Origin: Opitutia bacterium
GTDB taxonomy: Bacteria; Verrucomicrobiota; Verrucomicrobiia; Opitutales; T3Sed10-336
Direction of reading: 5' to 3'
NCBI GenBank assembly: GCA_050506795.1
Contig: JBJHCF010000005.1
Coordinates: forward strand, 64,001-128,000
DNA: 64,000 nucleotides
Shown here: in pieces, positions 51,650 through 61,136 of the stretch
How the letters are laid out: each line of letters opens with the position of its first letter
How positions within the stretch are numbered: position 1 is the first letter of the stretch
Position numbers and translations under genes: made by a program
The notes under the pieces: generated by a model
Database searches by the model: none
Seen by the model: the letters and a program-made list of their open reading frames with translations, nothing else
Told to the model about the DNA's origin: nothing

Positions 51650-53344
51650 ATGGGTGTTCCTACCAAGAATATTACCGCACCGATAGAAAGCCAACGCCTG
51701 AGCTACCTCAATAAAACAGGCCGGAAAATCATAGCTTATTATGATAGTCTGGCGGGGACGGAGATCGAGCCGTACATCGTGGTTGTGCTTCCCAAGTACG
51801 GGGAAACAAAGAAAAACAACCTCCAACTCGCTTTCACGATGGCAGCTAACGGGCTGCATGTCTTGCGTTTTGACCACACCTGCCATGTTGGCGAGAGTGA
51901 GGGAGCCATGACAGATTTTACGCTCCCAGGTGCGGTTGATGACGTTCTAACCACCTTGGACTTTGTTCAGGAGCACTTTGGGGTCAAAAAGGTCGTTTTG
52001 GTTTCGAGCAGCCTTTCATCAAGGTCTGCGCTTCGGGCGGCGGCGTTGGATTCCCGAATCAGGAAACTCGTCTGTCTGGTTGGTGTTTTTAATGTCAGCT
52101 ACACGCTTCGCGAAGTTTATCGCGAGGATCTCGTGGCAAATCATATCGACGGTAAAACCTGGGGAGTCGCTGACATACTCGGTCATGAAATCGATTTCGA
52201 TAATTTCCTTCGTGAGCTGGTCAAGGCGAACATGCACGATCTCCAGGGAACGATCTATGATTTGAGTCGAACGTCGGCTTCCGCAGCGTATTTTGGAGCT
52301 GAGAATGACCCCTGGGTGGACCGTGAAGAGGTTGCGCTTGCGCTCGGGCGCAGGAGGGATTCGGAGGTCCACCTTGTTGCCGGAGCGATGCACGAGGTTC
52401 GTGAAAATCAGGAAAAAGGAGTCGAGGTTTACGATGACATCGTCCGGGCCTGCTTCCTGGAAGGGCGACCTGAGGACAGCGTAATTCTTCGTCCGGAAAA
52501 AAAGCCGTTGCTTCGTCAGAACAAAATTGAGCGGGATTATTTGCGAAAAGCCAAGGAAAAGGATTTCGAGCCCGAAACGGACTTCTGGGGATCCTATCTG
52601 GAGAAGTACAGTTTGTTGGACCGTGTTGACGACTACCGCCGGTATCTTGATACCGTCGGCGATTTGCTCGGGCGGATTGACGGTGGAGATATTGTGTTGG
52701 ATGCAGGTTGCGGGAACGGCTTGTTTGGAGTCTGGTTGATCCGGGACGTGTTGTCCAGAAATGGACAGGGGGCAGGTTATCAGGGGCCGCCGGTTTACGT
52801 TGGGCTGGACCTGACATGCAAGGGTTTGAGTGACGCAATGATGCAGCATTGCGACGCGCAAAAACCCTCCAATGGCCATGGTGCCCTCTTGCCGGACTTT
52901 ATTTACGGTTGCATGGACCTGGATGTTTTTTCGGATCCGGAAAATAAAGGCGAATTAGCCGTGGAGTTTGGTGAAAACACCTTTGATAAGGTCTGCTGCA
53001 GCCTGCTGATTTCATACCTGAAAGAGCCCCAGCGGCTGATCGACAAGTTGTACAAGATCCTCAAACCCGGAGGTACGCTTGTTGTTTCAAGCATGAAGCC
53101 ATTTTGCGACATGTCGATGATCTACCGTGACTTTATGGACCAAAAGGTCAGCGCCGGGGAACTGGAGATGGGCCGCGATTTGCTGCGAGCTGCCGGAAAG
53201 ATCAAGATTAAGGAGGAGCTTGGCTATTATGTGTTTTTCTCGGGGGAAGAGATGAGCGCTATGGCGGATGACGCTGGATTCCGAAGGATTGAGTTTCGCG
53301 AGTGCTTTGGCGGACAGGCTCATGTTGTGAAAGCGGAGAAGTGA
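51650..53344 (+). CDS. LuxD-like acyl-ACP thioesterase fused to a class I SAM-dependent methyltransferase
   Basis: N-domain NGLHVLRFDHTCHVGESEG, SSSLSSR, VGVFN, AENDPWVDREEV, GAMHEVREN; C-domain VLDAGCGNG, FDKVCCSLLISYL, LKPGGTLVV. Confidence 0.82.
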   Translation: MGVPTKNITAPIESQRLSYLNKTGRKIIAYYDSLAGTEIEPYIVVVLPKYGETKKNNLQLAFTMAANGLHVLRFDHTCHVGESEGAMTDFTLPGAVDDVLTTLDFVQEHFGVKKVVLVSSSLSSRSALRAAALDSRIRKLVCLVGVFNVSYTLREVYREDLVANHIDGKTWGVADILGHEIDFDNFLRELVKANMHDLQGTIYDLSRTSASAAYFGAENDPWVDREEVALALGRRRDSEVHLVAGAMHEVRENQEKGVEVYDDIVRACFLEGRPEDSVILRPEKKPLLRQNKIERDYLRKAKEKDFEPETDFWGSYLEKYSLLDRVDDYRRYLDTVGDLLGRIDGGDIVLDAGCGNGLFGVWLIRDVLSRNGQGAGYQGPPVYVGLDLTCKGLSDAMMQHCDAQKPSNGHGALLPDFIYGCMDLDVFSDPENKGELAVEFGENTFDKVCCSLLISYLKEPQRLIDKLYKILKPGGTLVVSSMKPFCDMSMIYRDFMDQKVSAGELEMGRDLLRAAGKIKIKEELGYYVFFSGEEMSAMADDAGFRRIEFRECFGGQAHVVKAEK

Positions 53345-55527
53345 CATTTTATTGTGCAGTCAGTTCGTTCATAAACGCCGTCACAAGCATTGTCCTGGCG
53401 ATCTCGGTTTACCGATATCGCAAGAGCACAATGGTTGAGCTTTCCTTTGTTTGCTTCGCTCTTTCGGTTGGATTGTGGTCCGTATTCTATTTTTTCTGGC
53501 AGATTGCCGGTTCCGAAGAAGATGCAATTTCGCTGACTCGTATCCTCATGGGTGCGGCAGCGTTCATCCCGATTAGTTTTTTTTATTTTACGACGACCTT
53601 CAGGGGGTATTCGCACAAGTACCAGATGGTCTCAGGCGTTGTGATCTCCTTTTGCTTTGCGATTGTTTCGATTTCCACCTCCGGAATTGTCGCGGGCGTT
53701 TCCCCTAAGATGGGGGTTGAATATTGGCCCGATGCGGGTCCATTGTTGAAATATTATTTGCTTTTTTGGTTCTATTACGTGGTTGGAAGCATAGTGGTCT
53801 TATCTCGGGATTTTCGGCGACAACACGAGAATAAAAAGAATCAGATTAAGTATATTCTCATTGGAACGGTCATTGGTTTTACCGGTGGTGCGACAAATTT
53901 TTTCCTATGGTATGATATTCCTATTCCACCGATCGGGAACGTGCTGGTTTCGTTCTATGTGTTTGGCGTTTCATATGCGACAGCCAGATACAGATTGATG
54001 GATGTTGACCTCGCCTTGGTTAAAGGCGCGGCATTTTTTTTCGTGGTTGCTCTTGTTGCCCTTGCATATCCAGTCTCCTGGATCCTGATCGATTCCGGTG
54101 GAGCAGGTGGAAGGCAAGCGGAAATTTTTGTAAAGCAATATCTCGTTTCTTTTGTCCTGGTCGGCTTTTTGTTTTTAGCCGCGCCACGCTTCATGAAGCG
54201 TTTGAATGCTTTCGTTGAAACACAACTAAAACAATCGCAGTACAATTATAGAAATCAGTTGCGTTGGCTGATTCGGAAAATCGATCAGTTGGAGCGAAGC
54301 GAGGAGATATTCTCGAAGACGGCCACTTTTCTGTGCGACCAATTGAGCGTCGAAGCGGTCGCGGTGTTTATCCGTGAAAAGACCGCCATGAGTTTTGTGT
54401 TGCGAGCAAGAGCCGGAGCGAAGGATTTTGAGATCAGGGCGTTGGACGAGCAGGACAGTCTCGTGGAGGTTATGAATAAAGTCGGAGGAGTGATATGTGT
54501 AGAGGAACTCCGTCAGCATATCGATGCCGGTGGGGACGGCAGTCTGCCGATTGAATCCGGTGTGAGAAAATTGAGCGAGTTGGGAGTGGAGATACTGATT
54601 CCTCTGCTGACTGAGGAGCGGCTGCACGGCTTCTTTTTGCTTGGAAAACGATGGCCGAGGAATTACTACTCGGAACCGGATTTGGCTTTATTTGAAGTCT
54701 TGGGTATGGAAATTGCAGCTAGCATCAGGATTCGTGAGCTGGAGCGCCGGTCGGCTGAGAATGAGAAGCTCATGGCGTTGGGCACGATGGCTGCCGGATT
54801 GGCCCATGAGCTCAGAAATCCGATGGTTTCCGTCCAGACTTATATTTCTATGCTTGAGGATGAATGTGCCGGGCCGGTGTTGATCAAGGATACGAAGATG
54901 CTTGGAATCATTCAACGGGACCTTCGGCGTATGAACGAAATCGTTCACAACGTAGGCGCGTTTGCTCAGAACGTGCCTCTTGAGATGAATCCTGTCGATC
55001 TGCGTTCGGTAGTTGATACGGCAATCGAAGTTGAGGCTGAAAACATACAACGCAGGGATGTTCGGACCACGGTTCATTGTCAGGTCACACACCCGGTAAG
55101 AGGCGACTTTAATCAGTTGGTGCAGGTTTTTCAGAATTTGATCATGAACGCGACCCAGGCATTCCAGGAGAATCACGAGAAATTGATCACGATTACGGCG
55201 GTCGAAAAACTGGAGAATAATGGTAGGGGAGTGGTGTTGGTGACCGTTGAGGACACCGGTCCCGGGATAGATATGGAGATTATAAGAAATCTTTTTGAGC
55301 CTTTTGTGACCACCAAAGCAACGGGTTCGGTCTCGGAGCATAGAGGGATGGGGCTTGGTCTTGCTATCGTGAAGCAAATAATTGAGTCGCATCAGGGAAT
55401 TGTTGAGGCGTTCAACCGCCCGAGCGGCGGAAGTTTATTTCGGATTTTATTGCCATTAATGCAGGGTGTCCAGGTTCACGGTCAGAACGGAAATGAGAGA
55501 TTATCAATCCACCAACAGCATGATTGA
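53341..55527 (+). CDS. Membrane sensor histidine kinase (HisKA_7TM-like + GAF + HisKA/HATPase)
   Basis: About 9 hydrophobic segments, KNQIKYILIG, YATARYRLMDV, GAF (IPL..EERLHGFFLLGKR...YSEPDL), AHELRNP, NLIMNA, DTGPGI, GMGLGL; GTGA overlap with the upstream stop. Confidence 0.9.
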   Translation: MTFYCAVSSFINAVTSIVLAISVYRYRKSTMVELSFVCFALSVGLWSVFYFFWQIAGSEEDAISLTRILMGAAAFIPISFFYFTTTFRGYSHKYQMVSGVVISFCFAIVSISTSGIVAGVSPKMGVEYWPDAGPLLKYYLLFWFYYVVGSIVVLSRDFRRQHENKKNQIKYILIGTVIGFTGGATNFFLWYDIPIPPIGNVLVSFYVFGVSYATARYRLMDVDLALVKGAAFFFVVALVALAYPVSWILIDSGGAGGRQAEIFVKQYLVSFVLVGFLFLAAPRFMKRLNAFVETQLKQSQYNYRNQLRWLIRKIDQLERSEEIFSKTATFLCDQLSVEAVAVFIREKTAMSFVLRARAGAKDFEIRALDEQDSLVEVMNKVGGVICVEELRQHIDAGGDGSLPIESGVRKLSELGVEILIPLLTEERLHGFFLLGKRWPRNYYSEPDLALFEVLGMEIAASIRIRELERRSAENEKLMALGTMAAGLAHELRNPMVSVQTYISMLEDECAGPVLIKDTKMLGIIQRDLRRMNEIVHNVGAFAQNVPLEMNPVDLRSVVDTAIEVEAENIQRRDVRTTVHCQVTHPVRGDFNQLVQVFQNLIMNATQAFQENHEKLITITAVEKLENNGRGVVLVTVEDTGPGIDMEIIRNLFEPFVTTKATGSVSEHRGMGLGLAIVKQIIESHQGIVEAFNRPSGGSLFRILLPLMQGVQVHGQNGNERLSIHQQHD

Positions 55528-56959
55528 CCATAGATCAAATGCGGTCGGATTCCGATCGGGGTCTGTCGAGCGGGCGTTGCGCCGTTTTGGAGCGGCCTTC
55601 GCCCATATAGGCAGTCTGGATCGATTCACAGACGCCTTGGAAAAGGCCATGAGTGAAGCGATGTTTCTGAGGGAAGCAGTGATTCATCTGGAGGCAGAAG
55701 ATCAATCCGGCACGGCCAGGGATTGTTTCGTGGCAGGGTCATTGGTGCTTCCACTCCAGGGGAAGCAAGCGGTACGTGGAACCGTGGAGGTGCGCAGTCC
55801 CGGCGCGCTGCGCCCGTACGGTCCCGATGAACTGCGGTTGCTGTCTTCCCTGACTTCGTTTTGCGCCTCATTGGTCGAACATGCGTTCAAACACGCGGAC
55901 CAAGGCCGGGATCTGGCTATTCTGCGGTATATTTTTGATCAGCTCCCGGTCCCGGTGCTGGCCTGTACCGAGAGCGGTCGGATCCTGATCCTGAACTCGC
56001 GCGGCGCTTCCTGCCTTCGGCTTTCAAAATCCGAACCGGGGCACCTCGGGTCGGAGATTCATTCCAGGATGCTTGCGGCCTGCGAGAAGAACGGAGCTTC
56101 CAGTTTCGGCTTTTTTGTCGCTCTACCGGGCCAATTGATGAAGGCAACGGTGTCGCCCTGTCCGGCACAGGGCACGATGGAGCGGGTCTATTGCATGACG
56201 ATCATGGACCTGACGCAGGAAAGGGAGCGTCTTCGCCAAGGGCTTTTCCGAGAAGCCTTTCGTTGTCGTTGGCTGAATAAACCGCTGACCCGGATCACTT
56301 TACGCAACACAGAGAATCCTATGGCCCTTATCGAAATGCTACCCCTTTTGCGGCGTCGCCTTGGCAGTGACGACCGGGCGGGTCCGTGGGAGGAGGATGC
56401 CTTGGCCCTGGCATTTCCCGAGATCACGAAGTGGCAGGCTTTGACGGAACTCCGCGAGTGGCTGCGGACTGACCAAAGTGGCGAAATGACCGTTGGGGTA
56501 GCCATGATGGAAGCGGGATCTGATCATCCGGAAGAGATCGGTGAAGCAGAGGGCGAGGAAATTTTCCGATTGGAGGAGATGCTTCGCCCGGCGATTCTCC
56601 TGCATGACGAGAGTCAGGAGGTGAATGACTCCCTGGAATACGCCTTGCGAGGGGATTATCAGGTGGTCAAGAGCCATTGCTCCGCCGCAACCCTCGGTAT
56701 CCTCGCCGACCGGCGATTCGATGGGTTAATTATCGAACGGTATCCGCGTGACGGTGGCAGCGGGGTCGATTTGGCTCGACGTGCCGCGGAGATGAATCCT
56801 GACATCCAGGTTTTTTTCACCGGGGCTTTTGCGGAAGGAACCTGCAGTGACCTGAAGGACTTCGCGCGACCTCCGGTCGCGGTACCCAAGCCGTTCCGGG
56901 TGGATCGGCTCCTGGCACTCGTTCGCGAGTGCCTGGATGCTCGGGGTTCTGTTTCCTGA
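55520..56959 (+). CDS. Multidomain signalling protein: GAF-like, PAS, degenerate GGDEF-like, atypical receiver
   Basis: PYGPDELRLL, IFDQLPVPVLACTESGRILILN, SDDRAGPWEEDALALAFPE, ILLHDES...FDGLIIE...SGVDLAR...PKPF; ATGATTGA overlap with the kinase. Confidence 0.7.
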   Translation: MIDHRSNAVGFRSGSVERALRRFGAAFAHIGSLDRFTDALEKAMSEAMFLREAVIHLEAEDQSGTARDCFVAGSLVLPLQGKQAVRGTVEVRSPGALRPYGPDELRLLSSLTSFCASLVEHAFKHADQGRDLAILRYIFDQLPVPVLACTESGRILILNSRGASCLRLSKSEPGHLGSEIHSRMLAACEKNGASSFGFFVALPGQLMKATVSPCPAQGTMERVYCMTIMDLTQERERLRQGLFREAFRCRWLNKPLTRITLRNTENPMALIEMLPLLRRRLGSDDRAGPWEEDALALAFPEITKWQALTELREWLRTDQSGEMTVGVAMMEAGSDHPEEIGEAEGEEIFRLEEMLRPAILLHDESQEVNDSLEYALRGDYQVVKSHCSAATLGILADRRFDGLIIERYPRDGGSGVDLARRAAEMNPDIQVFFTGAFAEGTCSDLKDFARPPVAVPKPFRVDRLLALVRECLDARGSVS

Positions 56960-56972
56960 TTCGGAGCCTTTC

Positions 56973-57878
56973 ATGGACGGCTTGGAGCAGGCACGGATGG
57001 AGTGCCCGGCGAAAATCAACCTTTCTCTTTCGGTTACGGGGCGCAACGCGGACGGTTTTCATAATCTGATTTCCCTGGTGGCGCCGGTCGATTTCGGGGA
57101 TTGCCTGGAAGTCCGTCGGGAGGCTGGATCCGGGGTGTCCCTGGAGGTTGACGGTGAATCGATTCCCTCGGGAGAGGACAACCTGGTCATAATGGCGGCC
57201 CGTCTTTTTCTGCGGAATTTCTCCGCTGGCGGACGGTTTGCGTTTTTCCTGAAAAAGAGAGTTCCTGTCGGTGCGGGTCTGGGGGGAGGGAGTTCCGACG
57301 CGGTTGGGGCTTTGCTGTTGCTGAATAGGGTTCTTGGGAATCCGGCATCCGAGCGGGATCTATACACGATGGCCGGGGCACTCGGTTCCGATTGTCCCTT
57401 CTTTGTCCGGGCTTCGCCCGCGATAATGCGCGGCCGCGGCGATAAACTTGAATGGTTGACCGATCCGGAGGCTGAGCGGTTGCTGGGACGGCGTGTCATC
57501 CTTTTTAAACCTTTGCCCGGGGTTTCCACGGTTTGGGCCTATCGGGAATTGGCCCGCTCTGCCCGTTATTCGGATCCGGATCACGCGGAAGCCGTCCTTG
57601 CGGACTGGCGCGGGGGAAAAGGGTCGCTTGAGTCTCTGCTGAGCAACGATTTCGAGATTGTGGTGAGGGCTAAGTATCCGGGGATTCCGGTCCTTTTACG
57701 CGAATTGCGAAGCGATTCGCGCGCTCTGGCCATGATGAGCGGCAGCGGCAGCGCCTGCTTTCTGCTGCCGGCTGAGGGCTGCGAAGAGGGTGCGATTGCC
57801 AGGATTCAAGAAGCGTGGGGGGCGGATACGTTTTGTGTCGAAACCTTGATTGGCAAAAGGACATTGACCACGCCTTGA
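56973..57878 (+). CDS. ispE: 4-diphosphocytidyl-2-C-methyl-D-erythritol kinase
   Basis: PAKINLSL, DGFHNL, PVGAGLGGGSSDA, LGSDCPFF, NDFE, MSGSGS. Confidence 0.96.
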   Translation: MDGLEQARMECPAKINLSLSVTGRNADGFHNLISLVAPVDFGDCLEVRREAGSGVSLEVDGESIPSGEDNLVIMAARLFLRNFSAGGRFAFFLKKRVPVGAGLGGGSSDAVGALLLLNRVLGNPASERDLYTMAGALGSDCPFFVRASPAIMRGRGDKLEWLTDPEAERLLGRRVILFKPLPGVSTVWAYRELARSARYSDPDHAEAVLADWRGGKGSLESLLSNDFEIVVRAKYPGIPVLLRELRSDSRALAMMSGSGSACFLLPAEGCEEGAIARIQEAWGADTFCVETLIGKRTLTTP

Positions 57879-57976
57879 GAAACGGCTGAAAATGTACTGC
57901 TTGCTGGATGGGAGAGATTGCGACGATTTTTGGGCGATGGTATTAAGCGCAAAACAGTCTAGCGGAAGTGTGTTGA

Positions 57977-59743
57977 ATGGGGTCTGAAGTCCAAACGGAA
58001 CGGATCCTGAAAGGGATTGCCGCATCGCCGGGGGTTGCCTGGGGTAAAGTGCATCTGTTCCTTCCGCAAGAAATAGAGATTCCCGATACCCCTGTGGCAG
58101 CTGGAGGGTCGAGTGTTGAAATCGAGCGGTTCGAGGAGTCTCTGATGGTGACCCGGCAGCAAGTGGTGAAATTGCAGCGCGAGGTGGCGCAGCGCCTCGG
58201 TGACGATGAAGCAAGAATTTTTGATGCTCACCTTCTTGTCCTGGAGGACCGGGCGCTCATCGAGGAAACGATTCGCGAGATTCAGAGTACGGGAAGAAAC
58301 GTCGCGTTCTCCTTTAATCGTGTGGTCCAGCGCTACATCGATGCCTTTGCCAATATCGACGACGAATATTTGCGGGAGCGGTCGAACGATATCCGTGATG
58401 TTTCCCGGCGCATGCTGCACAATCTGATGGGCAAGGCGCAATACGGCCTGGGTCGGCTGGCCGAAGAACGGGTGATCGTTGCCCGCGATATTTCCCCCTC
58501 CGACACCGCCAATATCGAAAAGGGAAAAGTATTGGCCTTCGTTACCGATGCGGGCAGCAAGACAAGCCATGCGGTCATTATGGCCCGGTCCATTCAGGTT
58601 CCAGCAGTCGTGGGCATGCGAAACTGCACTCGGCTGCTAAGACCCGGGGATCAGGTATTGGTTGACGGATACGACGGGCTGGTTGTCATCAACCCCAGCG
58701 AAGAAACCCTTTTTCGCTACGGCAAATTCCAGGAGGAAAAACGTTCCCTCGAGAAGAAGATCCTGGCGCAAATCGGGCGCTCCACCACCACCAGGGATGG
58801 GATCAACCTCGACTTGATGGCAAACATCGAAGGACCGTCGGAGGTTGACCGCCTGCACCGTTTCGGGGCTGAGGGAGTCGGCTTGTTCCGAACGGAGTAT
58901 CTTTTCATGAACGCGGCGGAATTTCCGTCCGAAGACGAACAATTCGAAGCCTACCGCAAAGTCGCCGAGGCGATTGCTCCGGCACCGGTGACTATTCGGA
59001 CGCTTGACCTGGGCGGGGACAAATTCCCCAACAGTGTTTACCGGGCCGACTCGGAAACCAATCCATTCCTCGGGTTGCGGGCCATCCGCTTCTGCCTGGA
59101 AGACACGGGTTTGTTCAAGACACAATTGCGCGCGATTCTCCGGTCGTCCGTTTTCGGAAACGTGCGTCTAATGTATCCGATGATCAGTGGCGTCGGGGAG
59201 TTGGATCGGGCCAATGGCCTCTTGAAAGATGCCATGAAGGAGTTGGATAGCGAAGGGGTGGAATACGATAAAGCGATCAGAATCGGAGCGATGATCGAGA
59301 TCCCCAGTGCGGCTTTGACGGCGGATATTCTGGCGCGTAAATGTGATTTTTTCAGTATCGGGAGCAACGACCTGATTCAGTACCTCCTGGCGATCGACCG
59401 GGTGAACGAACGAATCGCCCACCTCTATGAGCCGACCCATCCGGCGGTGTTACGGATGATTGGATCCGTGATCGAGGCCGGTCACCGGCACAATATTCGG
59501 GTCAGCCTTTGCGGCGAAATAGCCGGGGATCCCGTCCTGGTTCCTCTGTTCGTGGGTCTGGGGATCGATGAGCTCAGTATTTCGGTTTCGGGTCTGCCCG
59601 GCATTAAATACCTTTTGCGAAACCTGAATCACGCGGATATGAAACAACTGACGGGGGAGGTGCTTGAGCTTGAGGATCCGAAGGAGATCTTCGCCCGGGC
59701 GGAAGCCTTTTACCAGCAACACCTTTCCAGCCTGATCTCCTGA
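57977..59743 (+). CDS. ptsI: PTS enzyme I (PEP-protein phosphotransferase)
   Basis: GIAASPG, TSHAVIMAR, GVGLFRTE, RTLDLGGDK, NPFLGLRAIR, SIGSNDLIQY, CGEIAGDP; no N-terminal GAF. Confidence 0.95.
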   Translation: MGSEVQTERILKGIAASPGVAWGKVHLFLPQEIEIPDTPVAAGGSSVEIERFEESLMVTRQQVVKLQREVAQRLGDDEARIFDAHLLVLEDRALIEETIREIQSTGRNVAFSFNRVVQRYIDAFANIDDEYLRERSNDIRDVSRRMLHNLMGKAQYGLGRLAEERVIVARDISPSDTANIEKGKVLAFVTDAGSKTSHAVIMARSIQVPAVVGMRNCTRLLRPGDQVLVDGYDGLVVINPSEETLFRYGKFQEEKRSLEKKILAQIGRSTTTRDGINLDLMANIEGPSEVDRLHRFGAEGVGLFRTEYLFMNAAEFPSEDEQFEAYRKVAEAIAPAPVTIRTLDLGGDKFPNSVYRADSETNPFLGLRAIRFCLEDTGLFKTQLRAILRSSVFGNVRLMYPMISGVGELDRANGLLKDAMKELDSEGVEYDKAIRIGAMIEIPSAALTADILARKCDFFSIGSNDLIQYLLAIDRVNERIAHLYEPTHPAVLRMIGSVIEAGHRHNIRVSLCGEIAGDPVLVPLFVGLGIDELSISVSGLPGIKYLLRNLNHADMKQLTGEVLELEDPKEIFARAEAFYQQHLSSLIS

Positions 59744-59752
59744 TGGCGCCGG

Positions 59753-61045
59753 TCAGAGTGCCTTGATTCCCCGGCAGAGGACTTCACCGGCCTGGTCGAT
59801 GGTGGGGTCATCGTGGGCGGTGCTGATAAAACAGGTTTCGAACGGCGATGGAGGAAGGTAAACGCCGCGCTCGAGGGCGAAATGAAAGAGTTTGGCGAAA
59901 TGGTCGCGATTGGCGGCGGTGGCGGAGGGGTAATTCGTAACCGGGTCCTCGGCAAAGAAGAAACTGAACATGGAGCCCGTGCGGGGGACCTGCAGGGCGA
60001 TTCCTTTTTCCCTTGCGGCTTCCTCCACGGCGGTCGCCAAACGCAGGCCCAAGGCCTCGAGCTTCGCGTACGGGGGATGTTCCGATAGCAGGGCGAGTGA
60101 CGCCAGGCCCGCAGCCATGGCCAGAGGGTTACCGCTGAGGGTTCCTGCCTGATAGACCGGTCCGACCGGCGCCAGCTGGTTCATAATCTCGGCCTTACCT
60201 CCGAAAGCGCCCACCGGCAGGCCGCCGCCGATGATTTTGCCCATGGCGGTGAGGTCCGGTTTAACGGCCTCCTTTTCCTGAACCCCTCCGTAAGCGACTC
60301 GAAAGCCGGTCATGACTTCGTCGAAAATCAGGAGAGCTCCGTTCTCCGAACACAAACGACGTACCTCCTGGAGGTAACCCTGTCGTGGGAGGATGAGTCC
60401 GACATTGGCGGGGTAGGGCTCAATGATTACGGCGGCGATTTGCTCCGGATTCGCGGCAAAAACCTCGCGCAGAGCATCCGGGTCGTTGTAGTCGATAACC
60501 ACCGTTTCGCGGGCAAAGCTCGCGGGAACCCCCGCGCTGTCCGGACTACCGTGGGTCAGGGCGCCGGATCCGGCCGAAATCAGCAGAGAATCCACGTGCC
60601 CGTGGTAACAGCCGGCGAATTTGACGATCTTGTCGCGGCCGGTGAAACCCCGCGCCAGGCGGATGCAAGACATGGTGGCTTCCGTTCCGCTGTTGACCAT
60701 CCGGACTTTCTCGACGGACGGAACTCCGGCCACAATGCGCTCGGCCATATCCACTTCTGACGGCGAAGGAGTGCCGAAACTGGTGCCATTCTTGAGAGCC
60801 TTTTCGAGGGAGGCGCGGATCGCCGGGGGGTTGTGTCCGTGGATAGCCGGTCCCCAAGTACAAACGAAGTCTATAAGCCGCCGGCCGTCCGCGGTAAATA
60901 GAAACGGGCCGTCCGCGCTTTTGGTGAAAAAGGGCGTGCCACCGACGGAGCGAAAGGCGCGCACCGGAGAGTTTACTCCCCCGGGAATGGTCTTTTGGGC
61001 CCTTTCGAAAAGGCTTTCCGAGATGCGTGAATCAGAATCGGCCAT
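59753..61045 (-). CDS. hemL: Glutamate-1-semialdehyde 2,1-aminomutase
   Basis: [52 protein letters not shown]. Confidence 0.97.
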   Translation of the reverse strand: MADSDSRISESLFERAQKTIPGGVNSPVRAFRSVGGTPFFTKSADGPFLFTADGRRLIDFVCTWGPAIHGHNPPAIRASLEKALKNGTSFGTPSPSEVDMAERIVAGVPSVEKVRMVNSGTEATMSCIRLARGFTGRDKIVKFAGCYHGHVDSLLISAGSGALTHGSPDSAGVPASFARETVVIDYNDPDALREVFAANPEQIAAVIIEPYPANVGLILPRQGYLQEVRRLCSENGALLIFDEVMTGFRVAYGGVQEKEAVKPDLTAMGKIIGGGLPVGAFGGKAEIMNQLAPVGPVYQAGTLSGNPLAMAAGLASLALLSEHPPYAKLEALGLRLATAVEEAAREKGIALQVPRTGSMFSFFFAEDPVTNYPSATAANRDHFAKLFHFALERGVYLPPSPFETCFISTAHDDPTIDQAGEVLCRGIKAL

Positions 61046-61136
61046 GGGGCAACAGTGTGAGGCACCCCCGGCTGCGGAATCAAGTCTGAAGGAGAATACG
61101 TATCGGTGCTTTCAGGACGATTCCACCGCGGCGGCC

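Noticed and set aside
51650..53344. Bioluminescence (lux) operon
   Set aside because: Only a LuxD-like domain is present; no luxC, luxE or luciferase genes in the window
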